Assembly: GCA_014055525.1 (NCBI GenBank)
Contig: WIAH01000006.1
Location: 38,104 to 70,103, forward strand
Direction of reading: 5' to 3'
DNA: 32,000 bases
Source: Nitrospira sp. CR1.3
GTDB lineage: Bacteria > Nitrospirota > Nitrospiria > Nitrospirales > Nitrospiraceae
Part shown: piece by piece, positions 6,913 to 15,145 of the stretch
Numbering within the stretch: the stretch's first letter is position 1
How the letters are laid out: every line of letters begins with the position of its first letter
Notes under the pieces: generated by a model
What the model was told of the DNA's origin: nothing
Database searches by the model: none
What the model saw: the letters and a program-made list of their open reading frames with translations, nothing else
Translations under genes and position numbers: made by a program

Positions 6913-7740
6913 GTGGCCCCGGTACACTCATCCGCCATGCTCGGATCGCTGATCGGCATTTTCATTACGTCCGCCGGAATCGTGATCGGGGCGGATTCCG
7001 CGATCCCGGCTTTCATGGCGGCCGATTCTACGCGAGTCGAGAAGATCTGCCGGACCAGTCCTCGAACCGTCGCGGTCATTCAGGGATGGTACGGCGAACG
7101 CCTCTATCTGCATCGCCATTTCCACAGAACCTGCGGGGAATTGTCACAATCGAAAAAAACGATCTCGGTCGAACAGCAAGCGGATCGGTTGATCCAAAAA
7201 ATCGAGAAGGCCTACAGAGACCACATCGGTCCGCGGCCCCGCGAGATGGCGAACCTTCCTCTTCCCTCCACTCAGCATGTCGTCTATCTGGCGGTGGCCG
7301 GTTTTCAGGGAACCATCCCCTTGGCGGCGGTGCGCGAGCTGCGTTGGGAAAGGAACGCGCAGGGCCATTGGCAGATCATTTCACAGCATGCAAGGCATCT
7401 GAGTCTCGAACGTTGCGGCGCGAAGTTCATCGGAGAGACGACGATTGCCGTCATGCTGCTCGAGGGGTCCGATTACTTTGCGGGCGCAAAGGATCGTCCG
7501 GAGGTGACTGCCGGCCGGAAAGTCACTGAGCGATTCAGGCAGGATGATTGCGGCGCTTCGTCATTTTCCGTCCCGGAGGCGAAGGCCTTGTATAAGACCG
7601 CGGTGCGCATGACGATCGATCATGGCCAACGATTTCTTCTCGAAGGCGACGACGTCGGCGGGCGGCTCCACCTGGTGACAATTCCCTCGCACGGACCCAT
7701 CGAAGCGGAAGTGATCGATCCAGAGCAGTACTTGGAATAG
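6913..7740 (+). CDS. Proteasome-beta/HslV-like Ntn-hydrolase-fold protein (predicted Ser1 nucleophile), function unknown
   Basis: The N-terminus is MAPVHSSAMLG|SLIGIFITSAGIVIGADSAIPAFMAADSTRVEKI. Numbering from the Ser after Gly gives D17 and K33, the spacing of the proteasome/HslV Thr1-Asp/Glu17-Lys33 triad. Later segments (HVVYLAVAGF, AKFIGETT, EAKALYKTAVRMTIDH, GDDVGGRLHLVTI) follow the order of proteasome-beta core elements. The start is GTG 6913 or ATG 6937. Confidence 0.6.
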   Translation: MAPVHSSAMLGSLIGIFITSAGIVIGADSAIPAFMAADSTRVEKICRTSPRTVAVIQGWYGERLYLHRHFHRTCGELSQSKKTISVEQQADRLIQKIEKAYRDHIGPRPREMANLPLPSTQHVVYLAVAGFQGTIPLAAVRELRWERNAQGHWQIISQHARHLSLERCGAKFIGETTIAVMLLEGSDYFAGAKDRPEVTAGRKVTERFRQDDCGASSFSVPEAKALYKTAVRMTIDHGQRFLLEGDDVGGRLHLVTIPSHGPIEAEVIDPEQYLE

Positions 7741-7779
7741 GGCTGATGTATAGGTTCCGGACAAAGGAGGTGAGTCCAC

Positions 7780-7914
7780 ATGATCGCCGAAGTTCGCGGA
7801 GCATTCTTTCTCCTGGTCGCCTTTCTCTTCTTTCTCGTCATTATCGGCGTCCTGGCCCTGGGGACGGTCATGAAACCGGGCCGTTGGAGCGAGCGTCCGA
7901 GACCTGCAGGCTGA
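7780..7914 (+). CDS. Small single-pass membrane protein (44 aa)
   Basis: Below the ORF-track cutoff. An AAGGAGG SD lies at 7764-7770, 9 nt before the ATG. The product is MIAEVRGAFFLLVAFLFFLVIIGVLALGTVMKPGRWSERPRPAG, with one clear TM helix. It starts 40 bp after the preceding gene's stop codon. Confidence 0.45.
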   Translation: MIAEVRGAFFLLVAFLFFLVIIGVLALGTVMKPGRWSERPRPAG

Positions 7915-7961
7915 GGCTGTTGCGACGGAGGCATGAAGATCATCGCGAAATGAGACTGTAT

Positions 7962-8705
7962 TCAGAACAGGTCGAACCGGAAGTCGTCGGAAGGAGGGCT
8001 CTCGCCCGCGGCGTTGTAAGCGACGACGCTGAACTTATACCTCTTCCCCACGAGAAGGTTGACGCTCCACTCCGTATTGAGCCCGACATCATGCACGTAC
8101 TGCGCCAAAGGCTCCAAAGTCGAAATGCGGACCCTGTACCCAGTCGCATCATTTGAAGTAGACGGGTCCCATGAGAGGGTCACTCTCCTGCGCGGAGGCG
8201 GCTGGCCTCCGGTCACTGAGTAAGGTTGAGGCGAGCGGGCAGGCGATGACGTCAGACTCGCGTCCCTTTCAGCCGGCAGGGCACTAGGATCTGGACCGAT
8301 CCGAGACGCGCCGGAATCTCCGGTCGATCGCTGCGCGCCCGCGTCGTACTGAACGGGAGAACGGGATCCCTCCGAAGGAGACGGTACTGCGCTCGAAGGA
8401 CTCGTCGGACTGACCGCATCACTTCCAGATACAGTCGGGGCAGCGGCTGCCTGACTAGGGCTCTCCGCAATCTCCTGCCGGTCATCCGGCTCATCTGATA
8501 GCGATGACGCGTCCGTGTCCTGAAACCCGGGGACTGCCGTGGCAGGGGCGGATCCGCCTGAGGCCGGCTCCTGCAAGTCTCCGCATCCGGACGTCACGAG
8601 CAGGAGCACAACGAGGGCGGCGCGTCGAACCGCCCGAATGGACTCTACAGAACAGGTCATGTGCACGGCCGATTCTGACGGCCCTGAAGGAACGGGCTCA
8701 CTCAT
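7962..8705 (-). CDS. Lipoprotein with long Ser/Pro/Ala-rich linker and C-terminal fibronectin type III-like domain
   Basis: It has a signal and Cys ([15 protein letters not shown]), then ~150 aa of low-complexity S/P/A/D sequence. The C-terminus, [19 protein letters not shown]...[17 protein letters not shown], is FN3-like. An alternative start is ATG 8660. Confidence 0.65.
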   Translation of the reverse strand: MSEPVPSGPSESAVHMTCSVESIRAVRRAALVVLLLVTSGCGDLQEPASGGSAPATAVPGFQDTDASSLSDEPDDRQEIAESPSQAAAAPTVSGSDAVSPTSPSSAVPSPSEGSRSPVQYDAGAQRSTGDSGASRIGPDPSALPAERDASLTSSPARSPQPYSVTGGQPPPRRRVTLSWDPSTSNDATGYRVRISTLEPLAQYVHDVGLNTEWSVNLLVGKRYKFSVVAYNAAGESPPSDDFRFDLF

Positions 8706-8896
8706 GCCTCACGCCTACCGGCCGGCTGTTACAACTGTTTCGTTGTCGATGTAACGGGCATGTTAACTTCCTGGCGAAACGCAGCCTTCCGAATGGAAAG
8801 GGATCATGCCGGCCGCGTAATCCGTCCGTAACAGAGGTCTGGCAGACTGTGAAAGGCAGGAGTATGGTGGCTATGGCCGACGGAACGGAGGTATCC

Positions 8897-9367
8897 ATGA
8901 AAGACAAGATCATGGCAATGGAGGAGCAAAAGACCATCGCCATCGTGGCGCACGACAACAAGAAGCAGGATCTTCTGGCCTGGGCCAAGTTCAACCGGGA
9001 GGCGCTCGCCGGACATCAGCTCATCGCCACCGGAACCACGGGAAAGCTCCTGGAGTCGGAACTGGATCTTCCAGTCCTGCGGCTGCAGAGCGGACCGCTC
9101 GGAGGGGATCAACAAATCGGAGCCAAGATCAGCGAAGGCGAAATCGATGTGCTGATTTTCTTCTGGGATCCGTTAGAGCCGCACCCGCACGATCCGGACG
9201 TCAAAGCGCTGCTCCGCATCGCCGTCGTCTGGAACATCCCGATCGCCTGCAACCGCGCCTCGGCGGATTTCTTGATCTCGTCCTCGCTCATGCCGCTGGA
9301 ATACCAGCGACTGGTGCCGGATTATGAAGGGTACCGGGAACGATTGCTCCGCCGGGACGTGGCCTAA
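8897..9367 (+). CDS. mgsA: Methylglyoxal synthase
   Basis: Motifs [47 protein letters not shown] and [19 protein letters not shown] are collinear with E. coli MgsA as I recall it. A GGAGG SD lies 5 nt before ATG 8897. The upstream 131 codons of track ORF 8504.. are Arg-rich read-through. Confidence 0.9.
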   Translation: MKDKIMAMEEQKTIAIVAHDNKKQDLLAWAKFNREALAGHQLIATGTTGKLLESELDLPVLRLQSGPLGGDQQIGAKISEGEIDVLIFFWDPLEPHPHDPDVKALLRIAVVWNIPIACNRASADFLISSSLMPLEYQRLVPDYEGYRERLLRRDVA

Positions 9368-9437
9368 GTCGAGTCCGGCGCGCGGTGGCGGCTCGGCTCG
9401 ATTCTTTTCGGTTTGGAGGGTCTGATGGATACGACTG

Positions 9438-11780
9438 TCAGTCGTTGCTGTGGAGGGAGAGGAACTGCTCGATAGTCATCCCGATCGGAGAATTGCCGTC
9501 AAACCTGGTGCCGAGCCTCCCCTTCTGAAAATGAGCCAGGATCGAAGGATAGGCTTCAGGGCGGAAGGGAACATACCGCACTTCCAAGACCAGTTGCGGC
9601 GCTTGCGCCAGGTAATATTCTACGAAACGCCTGATGTCGCCGTCGACGGCTGATCGCTGGTTCACGTAGATGAACATGGGCCGGGAGAGGGGCCGGTATT
9701 GACCAGAAACGACGTTTTCTTTGGACGGGAGAATCGGCCCTTCCCCCGCGTCGATGGCCAGCGCCTTGAGGCGCCGCCGGTTCGGCTCGAGATAGGCAAA
9801 CGGCACATAGCCGAGCGCCAGGCGGCTATCGGCAATGGCATCGACAAGGACGTTGTCGTCTTCGCTGCCGGTATAATCTGCGCGACTCGCTTTGGCTTTG
9901 CCCACGACCGCTTCCGTGAAGTAATCGAAACTTCCCGAGTCGGGTCCGGCGCCGAACAGCCTGAGGGGGGCGGAGGGCCAATCACGCCGGACCTGGTTCC
10001 AGGACATGACCTTGTGGTGCGCCGCCGGTTCCCACATGACTTTCAATTCCGCCAGCGTGAGGGATTCGGCCCAGGAATTGCTCGAGCTGACGACGACGGA
10101 CAGCGCATCGTAGGCCACGGGAAGCTCAAAAAACTGCACGCCGTTGGCGCGGCACTGGTCCAGTTCCGCCAGGGTGATCGGCCGTGAGGCGTCCTGGATG
10201 TCGATCTCGCCGCGACAAAATTTCTGAAAACCGCCTCCTGTCCCTGAGATACCGACCGACACGCGAATGGCGCCCCCGATTGCGTCTTCATAGCCTACTG
10301 CCACTCGTGCGGAAAGAGGGTACACCGTGCTGGAGCCGTCGATCTTGATCAGCGGCAGATACAGGCGAGGCGCGCCTTTCTGTTCGGCGGACGCGACCGG
10401 CGCGGTTCCCGCCGAGGCTGGATGATCCGGTGAGACGCCGATCCCAGGTGATCTGGCATATTGGGCCGCCGTATATCCGCGAGCATCCATCGCATCGGCT
10501 GACGCTCCCCGCTGTAGCAGCAGGCGGCGGATGGAATCGTATCCATAGAACGCGGCAGCGTGTAGCGGGGTGACCCCTTGCGCGTCCGCGACGTTGGCTT
10601 GGGCGCCGCGGTCCAGCAACGCGAGCGCGAGCGATTCGCGGCCGTGAAAGGTCGCCAGGTGCAACGGGGTCCAGCGCTTGCGGTCCCGCGCATTGACGTC
10701 GGCGCCGCGGTCCAACAAGAGCCGGACGACCGCCTCGTGTCCCCGTCCCGCCGGTTCATGCAACGGCGTGCGTCCTTCGCCGTCCATCGCGCCGACCGAC
10801 GCGCCATGCTCCAGCAGCAGACGAACCACGGATCCTTGCCCAAGCTCGGCGGCGAGATGGAGCGGCGACTTGCCTCGCCGGTCCCTGATCTCACGACCGG
10901 CGCCCCCTTCGAGGAGCAACCGGATTACGGGCAGGTGAGTGTGGAGGACCGCCTCATGCAGTGGAGTGAGACCCTCGCTCGTGCGGGCATTAATGAGGGC
11001 GCCTCGATGCAGGAGGAGCCGGATCAATTCGGCATCCCCTTCCTGGGCCGCAATGTGGAGCGGGGTCGCGCCGCTGCTCAACAGGCTGTGCGGGGAGGCG
11101 CCGCGGTCCAGCAAGAGCCTGGCGACGGCCAACTGTCCCTTGGCGTCGTTGAAGAGCCGGCGGGTGCCCTTGGCGGTCATGTGGAGCGGGGTATGGCCCT
11201 CCTTCCCCGCCGCGTTGACGTTTGCACCCGCGTCCAGAAGTAAGGGAGCCACGACGTCCGCGCCCCAGATTGCCGCGATCTGGAGGGGAGTCAACGTTTC
11301 GTCATTCCTTGCCTGGACACTGGCGCCTCGCTCGATCAAGGCGCGGGTCGCCTCTCCCGCGTTCCATTCGGCGGCGAGATGAAGGGGAGTACCGCCGGAG
11401 CGATCGCGCGCCTCCACTTGCGCTCCGCGATCCAGCAACAGCTTCACGATCGCCGTCTGGTTTTCCTTCGCGGCGACGTGGAGGGGCGTATGCCCTTCAA
11501 GATCGACCGCTTCGATTGGAGCCCCACGGTTGAGCAGGACCGAGACAGCGGTCTCACGCCCCCAACGTGACGACACGTGCAACGCCGTTTGACCCTCTCG
11601 ATCCGAAACGGCAACCGGGAGGCCGCGATCGAGAAGCCGGTTGATCTGATCGACGTCGCCTTGTTTAGCTGCGAGCATGAGATGATCGGGGGAGGGGCGG
11701 CAGGATGCCAACAACAGGGCGTACCCCATCGTGGTCAGAACCGTGTATGCCGACAAGGCTGGCGAAGTTGAGGAGCCCAT
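9438..11780 (-). CDS. Lipoprotein fusing ~13 ankyrin repeats to a C-terminal PstS-family phosphate-binding domain
   Basis: 780 aa with lipobox LLLASC. There are 11 canonical TPLH-type 33-aa ankyrin repeats plus caps (residues ~33-443). After a linker comes DGSSTVYPLS...GISGTGGGFQKF...DASRPI...DALSVVV...GAGPDSGSFDYF...YRPLSRPMFIYVN, the PstS/PBP_like_2 pattern. Confidence 0.85.
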   Translation of the reverse strand: MGSSTSPALSAYTVLTTMGYALLLASCRPSPDHLMLAAKQGDVDQINRLLDRGLPVAVSDREGQTALHVSSRWGRETAVSVLLNRGAPIEAVDLEGHTPLHVAAKENQTAIVKLLLDRGAQVEARDRSGGTPLHLAAEWNAGEATRALIERGASVQARNDETLTPLQIAAIWGADVVAPLLLDAGANVNAAGKEGHTPLHMTAKGTRRLFNDAKGQLAVARLLLDRGASPHSLLSSGATPLHIAAQEGDAELIRLLLHRGALINARTSEGLTPLHEAVLHTHLPVIRLLLEGGAGREIRDRRGKSPLHLAAELGQGSVVRLLLEHGASVGAMDGEGRTPLHEPAGRGHEAVVRLLLDRGADVNARDRKRWTPLHLATFHGRESLALALLDRGAQANVADAQGVTPLHAAAFYGYDSIRRLLLQRGASADAMDARGYTAAQYARSPGIGVSPDHPASAGTAPVASAEQKGAPRLYLPLIKIDGSSTVYPLSARVAVGYEDAIGGAIRVSVGISGTGGGFQKFCRGEIDIQDASRPITLAELDQCRANGVQFFELPVAYDALSVVVSSSNSWAESLTLAELKVMWEPAAHHKVMSWNQVRRDWPSAPLRLFGAGPDSGSFDYFTEAVVGKAKASRADYTGSEDDNVLVDAIADSRLALGYVPFAYLEPNRRRLKALAIDAGEGPILPSKENVVSGQYRPLSRPMFIYVNQRSAVDGDIRRFVEYYLAQAPQLVLEVRYVPFRPEAYPSILAHFQKGRLGTRFDGNSPIGMTIEQFLSLHSND
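10452..11684 (-). repeat. Tandem 99-bp (33-codon) ankyrin-repeat coding array inside the 9438..11780 gene
   Basis: The periodic motif xGxTPLHxAAxxGHxxxVxLLLxxGA is seen 11 times plus N- and C-terminal caps. The repeats have diverged at the DNA level. Confidence 0.8.
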
Positions 11781-12105
11781 TGTTGGCCTCTCGCCGTGCC
11801 TCCCGCCTGTCCAGGATGGTGGGGGATCCGAAAGGGGGAACTAGGATGAGGCTACCTGATTATCGGCAGGTTTGTACTGTCTCAATATTGTGTTACGTTT
11901 GATGCCGGCGGGCTGTTCGATTGAAGGTGAGCCTTGCTCGCCTGAAAGGGGATTCTCTACCTGTAAAAACAGCGCGTTATGAGAAGCATATTCTGGTTCC
12001 TAATAAGCCCTGGGTTGAACATAACTTACCGCTGGACCTTCTTGTGCTGGACCACTACACTGCCTCCGGTGACGCGGTTAGCACCGCAGTTCTTGAGTTG
12101 ACCTC

Positions 12106-12465
12106 ATGAAGTACAACCATGACCGATTAGTCCAGGCGAAGCGAACGATTGCGCTGGTCAGCGCCTGTTCGATTTCAGCCGATCGGGCGATGGAAGCGGC
12201 CCGCTCGATCATCGGCGGGACGGTCTTCGATGTGAGGCTGAAGGAAGTGGAGCGCCGAGTGGTCTGGAGAGTGAAGCTGCTGAGAGACGGCGAGCGGGTC
12301 AAAGTGTATGTCGATGCCGGGTCCGGCAGAATCCTGGACGCGAAGGCCGAAATCGCCGTAGCGGAGCCTTACCACGGCACATCTCCTGAAACTCTCATTG
12401 GCGGGCACCAGCCAGCGCCACCCCACTCCCAATTCGAGCCCGACAGCCTCTCGACGCCCCCCTGA
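12106..12465 (+). CDS. PepSY-domain protein with Pro-rich tail
   Basis: ISADRAMEAARSIIGGTVFDVRLKEVERRVVWRVKLLRDGERVKVYVDAGSGRILD matches the PepSY pattern. The ATG overlaps the stop of a doubtful upstream ORF (ATGA). Confidence 0.6.
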   Translation: MKYNHDRLVQAKRTIALVSACSISADRAMEAARSIIGGTVFDVRLKEVERRVVWRVKLLRDGERVKVYVDAGSGRILDAKAEIAVAEPYHGTSPETLIGGHQPAPPHSQFEPDSLSTPP

Positions 12466-12703
12466 CTCTTCCACGAACGTCGCGTTATCGGAAAACCGCT
12501 GAGCCGCTCACATCTTGCTCCGCTGCTCCACATGCGGACACCGTGGCCACGTCGTCGTCGGTGGCACCGGTTTACGCAAGGGTTTTCCTTGTCGTTCCGT
12601 GACATCCCGCTCAATTAACCCACTGTTCGCTTAATATTTACCCCCCTGTAACGTCGGTCGGCGAAGCTAGTGGAGGAGCTCTTGTGCCTGATGAAAGGAC
12701 GGC

Positions 12704-13621
12704 ATGCATACGGGGAAACTCTCTCAATTGCAGGAATTCTGGAAAGAAGTCAGCACGCTGGCCTTTCACGGAGTCGTCGTAGTGCTCAGCGCGACCATTG
12801 CCTGGTCTCTGCCGGCTATTGCCCGGCAGTTTTTGGTGTTGTGGTCGCGGGTTGAACACGAACAAATGCTCCTATTGAGCGTGGAGGTCGCGGTTGCCCT
12901 CTTGCTGATCATGATTTCCAACTACCTGTGGCGGGCTTTTCAGGACCGGCGCCAAGCCGGCATGGCCAAGGGGGCGGGGCTGGTCTCGTTCTTCCCCTTG
13001 CACGATCCGGGCGCCGGCCGAAAAATTCGGCAGCTCAAACAACAGCAGAGTCTGGGTCGGACTGTCCTGGCCATCGGCGTGACCGGCCATGGAACGGTCG
13101 TGGACGACAAGGCGGAGTTGCACGCCTTGCTGGAGACCTGTCTTGAAGCGAAGTTGATCCTGCTCAATCCGTTGTCTGAGGAAGCGGCCCGTCGTGCTCA
13201 ATCGCTTTCGCATCCCGACATTACGCCGCTGCGATTCCGGCAGGAGCTGCAAGAGACCATCGCGCTCATCAAGCGCTTTCGCGCCAACGGCAAGGTGATT
13301 CGTCTGAAGCTGTATTCCGACCGGCCGCACCTTCGCATGGTCATTCTCGGCGACTACCTGTGGCTCCAGCATTACCACACCGGCCTCGACATTCGGTGGA
13401 TGCCGGAATATGTCTTTCAGCACAATGTGGACCATCATGGCCTCTACACGCTGTTCTATCAATATTTCACCAAACGGTGGGAGAACCAGGACATCCCAGA
13501 ATACGACTTTCAAACCGACGAATTAGTCTATCGGGCGCGCAGCGGCAGCGAACTGCGGCGTGACTCGCTCGATCTCGGCGGATCTGAGCTGTGGACGACG
13601 TCGGGCTTGTCGGTCGCCTGA
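12704..13621 (+). CDS. Two-TM membrane protein with a cytoplasmic DUF5919-like domain (from memory)
   Basis: Two N-terminal hydrophobic helices are followed by LILLNPLSEEAARRAQ...VIRLKLYSDRPHLRMVILGDYLWLQHYHTGL...GLYTLFYQYFTKRWENQ. This resembles the C-terminal domain of actinobacterial XRE/DUF5919 proteins. Confidence 0.55.
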   Translation: MHTGKLSQLQEFWKEVSTLAFHGVVVVLSATIAWSLPAIARQFLVLWSRVEHEQMLLLSVEVAVALLLIMISNYLWRAFQDRRQAGMAKGAGLVSFFPLHDPGAGRKIRQLKQQQSLGRTVLAIGVTGHGTVVDDKAELHALLETCLEAKLILLNPLSEEAARRAQSLSHPDITPLRFRQELQETIALIKRFRANGKVIRLKLYSDRPHLRMVILGDYLWLQHYHTGLDIRWMPEYVFQHNVDHHGLYTLFYQYFTKRWENQDIPEYDFQTDELVYRARSGSELRRDSLDLGGSELWTTSGLSVA

Positions 13622-13660
13622 TCCACGCCGGCGCGAAGCCTGAATGGGAGCGACAAGGGC

Positions 13661-14407
13661 ATGACAAATTTCACAGCGAGGATAGATCAGCTCAAGGCGA
13701 TCATTTTCGATTTCGACGGAGTGCTGGCCGATACCGAGCCGGTTCACTTTCGCATGTTCAGACAAGTCCTGTTCGAGGAAGGGATCGAGTTGAAACTCGA
13801 GGATTATGAGCGGCGGTACATCGGCCTCACCGATGAGGCCTGTTTGAGAGCGGTGATGCGGGCCGGCGGGCGCTCCGTGACCACCGACGCAGTGAAACGA
13901 CTTGCGTCCAGGAAGACCACCTTGACGCAGGAAGCGTTGTCGCGAGAGACGGTTCTCATGCCGGGCGTCGAAGACTTCCTTCAGGCGGCCGGCCGGTCCT
14001 ATCGCTTGGCGATCGCCTCGGGCGCGCTCCGCCGCGAAATTGAAGTGGTGTTGGAGGGCGCCGGTCTACGCTCTCTGTTCGAGCACATCAGCTCCGCGGA
14101 GGACGTTCCGCAAGGAAAGTCGCAACCGGATCTCTATCTCCATGCGCTCGACCGACTGAACGCCGTGGAGCCGCTGCTCGCGTCGGAATGCCTGGCGATC
14201 GAAGATTCCGGATTCGGCATCGCTGCCGCGCAAGGCGCCGGCCTCCGCTGCCTGGCGGTGGCCTCTTCGCTTGATCCACTCTGTCTCGGCGAGGCCGATG
14301 CCGTTGTCGTGCGACTGGCCGAGTGCGATCTCTCGACCCTGGTCCGACACTTCTGGCCGCTCTCGTCCACCGGCTCGTTTCCGCGGCTCTTAAGCGCGTT
14401 TCCGTAG
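13661..14407 (+). CDS. HAD-superfamily hydrolase (subfamily IA, phosphatase / beta-phosphoglucomutase-like)
   Basis: Motif I is IIFDFDGVLADTEP, motif II is IASGA, and motif IV is AIEDSGFGIAAA. Confidence 0.85.
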   Translation: MTNFTARIDQLKAIIFDFDGVLADTEPVHFRMFRQVLFEEGIELKLEDYERRYIGLTDEACLRAVMRAGGRSVTTDAVKRLASRKTTLTQEALSRETVLMPGVEDFLQAAGRSYRLAIASGALRREIEVVLEGAGLRSLFEHISSAEDVPQGKSQPDLYLHALDRLNAVEPLLASECLAIEDSGFGIAAAQGAGLRCLAVASSLDPLCLGEADAVVVRLAECDLSTLVRHFWPLSSTGSFPRLLSAFP

Positions 14408-14493
14408 TGGCGTCCGATTCGCGAATGATCGAATTCAACCAGCGCGACACCGGATCTCGCTTCATTCAAGGGTGTTGACCGGGAACCACTCCG

Positions 14494-14958
14494 TCAAGGC
14501 GTGCAGGGTTTATGACTTCCTTGTGTCGTTAAGGCTCGCATGAGTTTGACTGATCCACCTTTCGCGTTTTCCGCTAAGTGTTCGTCGCCGATGCGGAGGT
14601 ACCACGACCGCCCTTCGGCGGTCGCGCCGTCCGGCGACAATCGCACCTCGAACCCTCCGTCCCGATCGTTGCCGGGCTGGCGCCAATTCCCGCGCCAGAC
14701 CGTTCCATCGAAGGATAACGTTTCGAGCGATCCCTGTTGCCACTCATACGTCCCGAACCCGAGCACGTCCACGGTCAACGGCACGACGATTCCCCCTTCC
14801 TCGACTTCCCATTCTCCGGCCAAATCGGACAGGGCTAAACCGGCACATGGTTTTCCCGAGGGCAATCCGTCGGCGATGGAAGACGGCGCCGCGCACCCGG
14901 CCAGACTGAGCAACATGAGCCCAAGTCCACCGTGGCAGAGGGCCTGCTGGAAGGTCAT
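14494..14958 (-). CDS. Lipoprotein, unknown function
   Basis: The signal and lipobox are GLGLMLLSLAGC. The 154-aa sequence is non-repetitive, and the overlapping alternative frames are Arg-rich. Confidence 0.6.
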   Translation of the reverse strand: MTFQQALCHGGLGLMLLSLAGCAAPSSIADGLPSGKPCAGLALSDLAGEWEVEEGGIVVPLTVDVLGFGTYEWQQGSLETLSFDGTVWRGNWRQPGNDRDGGFEVRLSPDGATAEGRSWYLRIGDEHLAENAKGGSVKLMRALTTQGSHKPCTP

Positions 14959-15046
14959 CGAGGCGATGTCATGCGGGGTTTCTCTTCTTTGTACGAACGA
15001 TACCTCTCACCCGTTACGCCCAGATGAATAGTGGTCGCGGCGCGGC

Positions 15047-15062
15047 GTTAAATCTTCGTTAC
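15047..15062 (+). promoter_or_regulatory. Phased repeat GTTAA-N6-GTTAC upstream of the glycosyltransferase gene
   Basis: Read directly: GTTAAatcttcGTTAC, with units at 15047 and 15058, 84-99 bp upstream of ATG 15146. Another GTTAC lies at 15013. Confidence 0.35.
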
Positions 15063-15145
15063 GAGCCGGATTGTCTGTTGACCGATCAGAGCGATGAATT
15101 GAGAATGACGGACAAGTTGCAACGCGCGGCCCTCTCCGGCAACAG

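Noticed and set aside
8504-8896. 5' extension of the mgsA ORF (track start 8504)
   Set aside because: The first 131 codons are Arg-rich and overlap the start of the FN3-lipoprotein gene. MgsA homology begins near ATG 8897, which has a GGAGG SD.
9368-9437. Possible bidirectional terminator between convergent mgsA and the ankyrin::PstS gene
   Set aside because: Only imperfect GC-rich pairings are present (GAGTCCG...CGGCTC), followed by a short T-run. I could not draw a convincing stem by eye.
10349-11382. Several 80-220-aa ORFs on both strands within the ankyrin-repeat region
   Set aside because: They are alternative frames of a repetitive GC-rich gene and are Arg/Ala/Pro-rich. The 780-aa frame shows regular ankyrin periodicity.
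11921-12109. 62-aa ORF (TTG start) overlapping the PepSY gene start by ATGA
   Set aside because: The stop/start overlap hints at coupling. However, the start is TTG, I see no SD or homology, and the region has promoter-like low GC. I leave it unresolved and do not call it.
12562-12578. Sigma-54-like TGGCAC-N5-TTACGCA upstream of the 12704 gene
   Set aside because: The GG-to-GC spacing is off by one from the TGGCAC-N5-TTGC consensus, the -12 element is poor, and no enhancer-binding protein is nearby.
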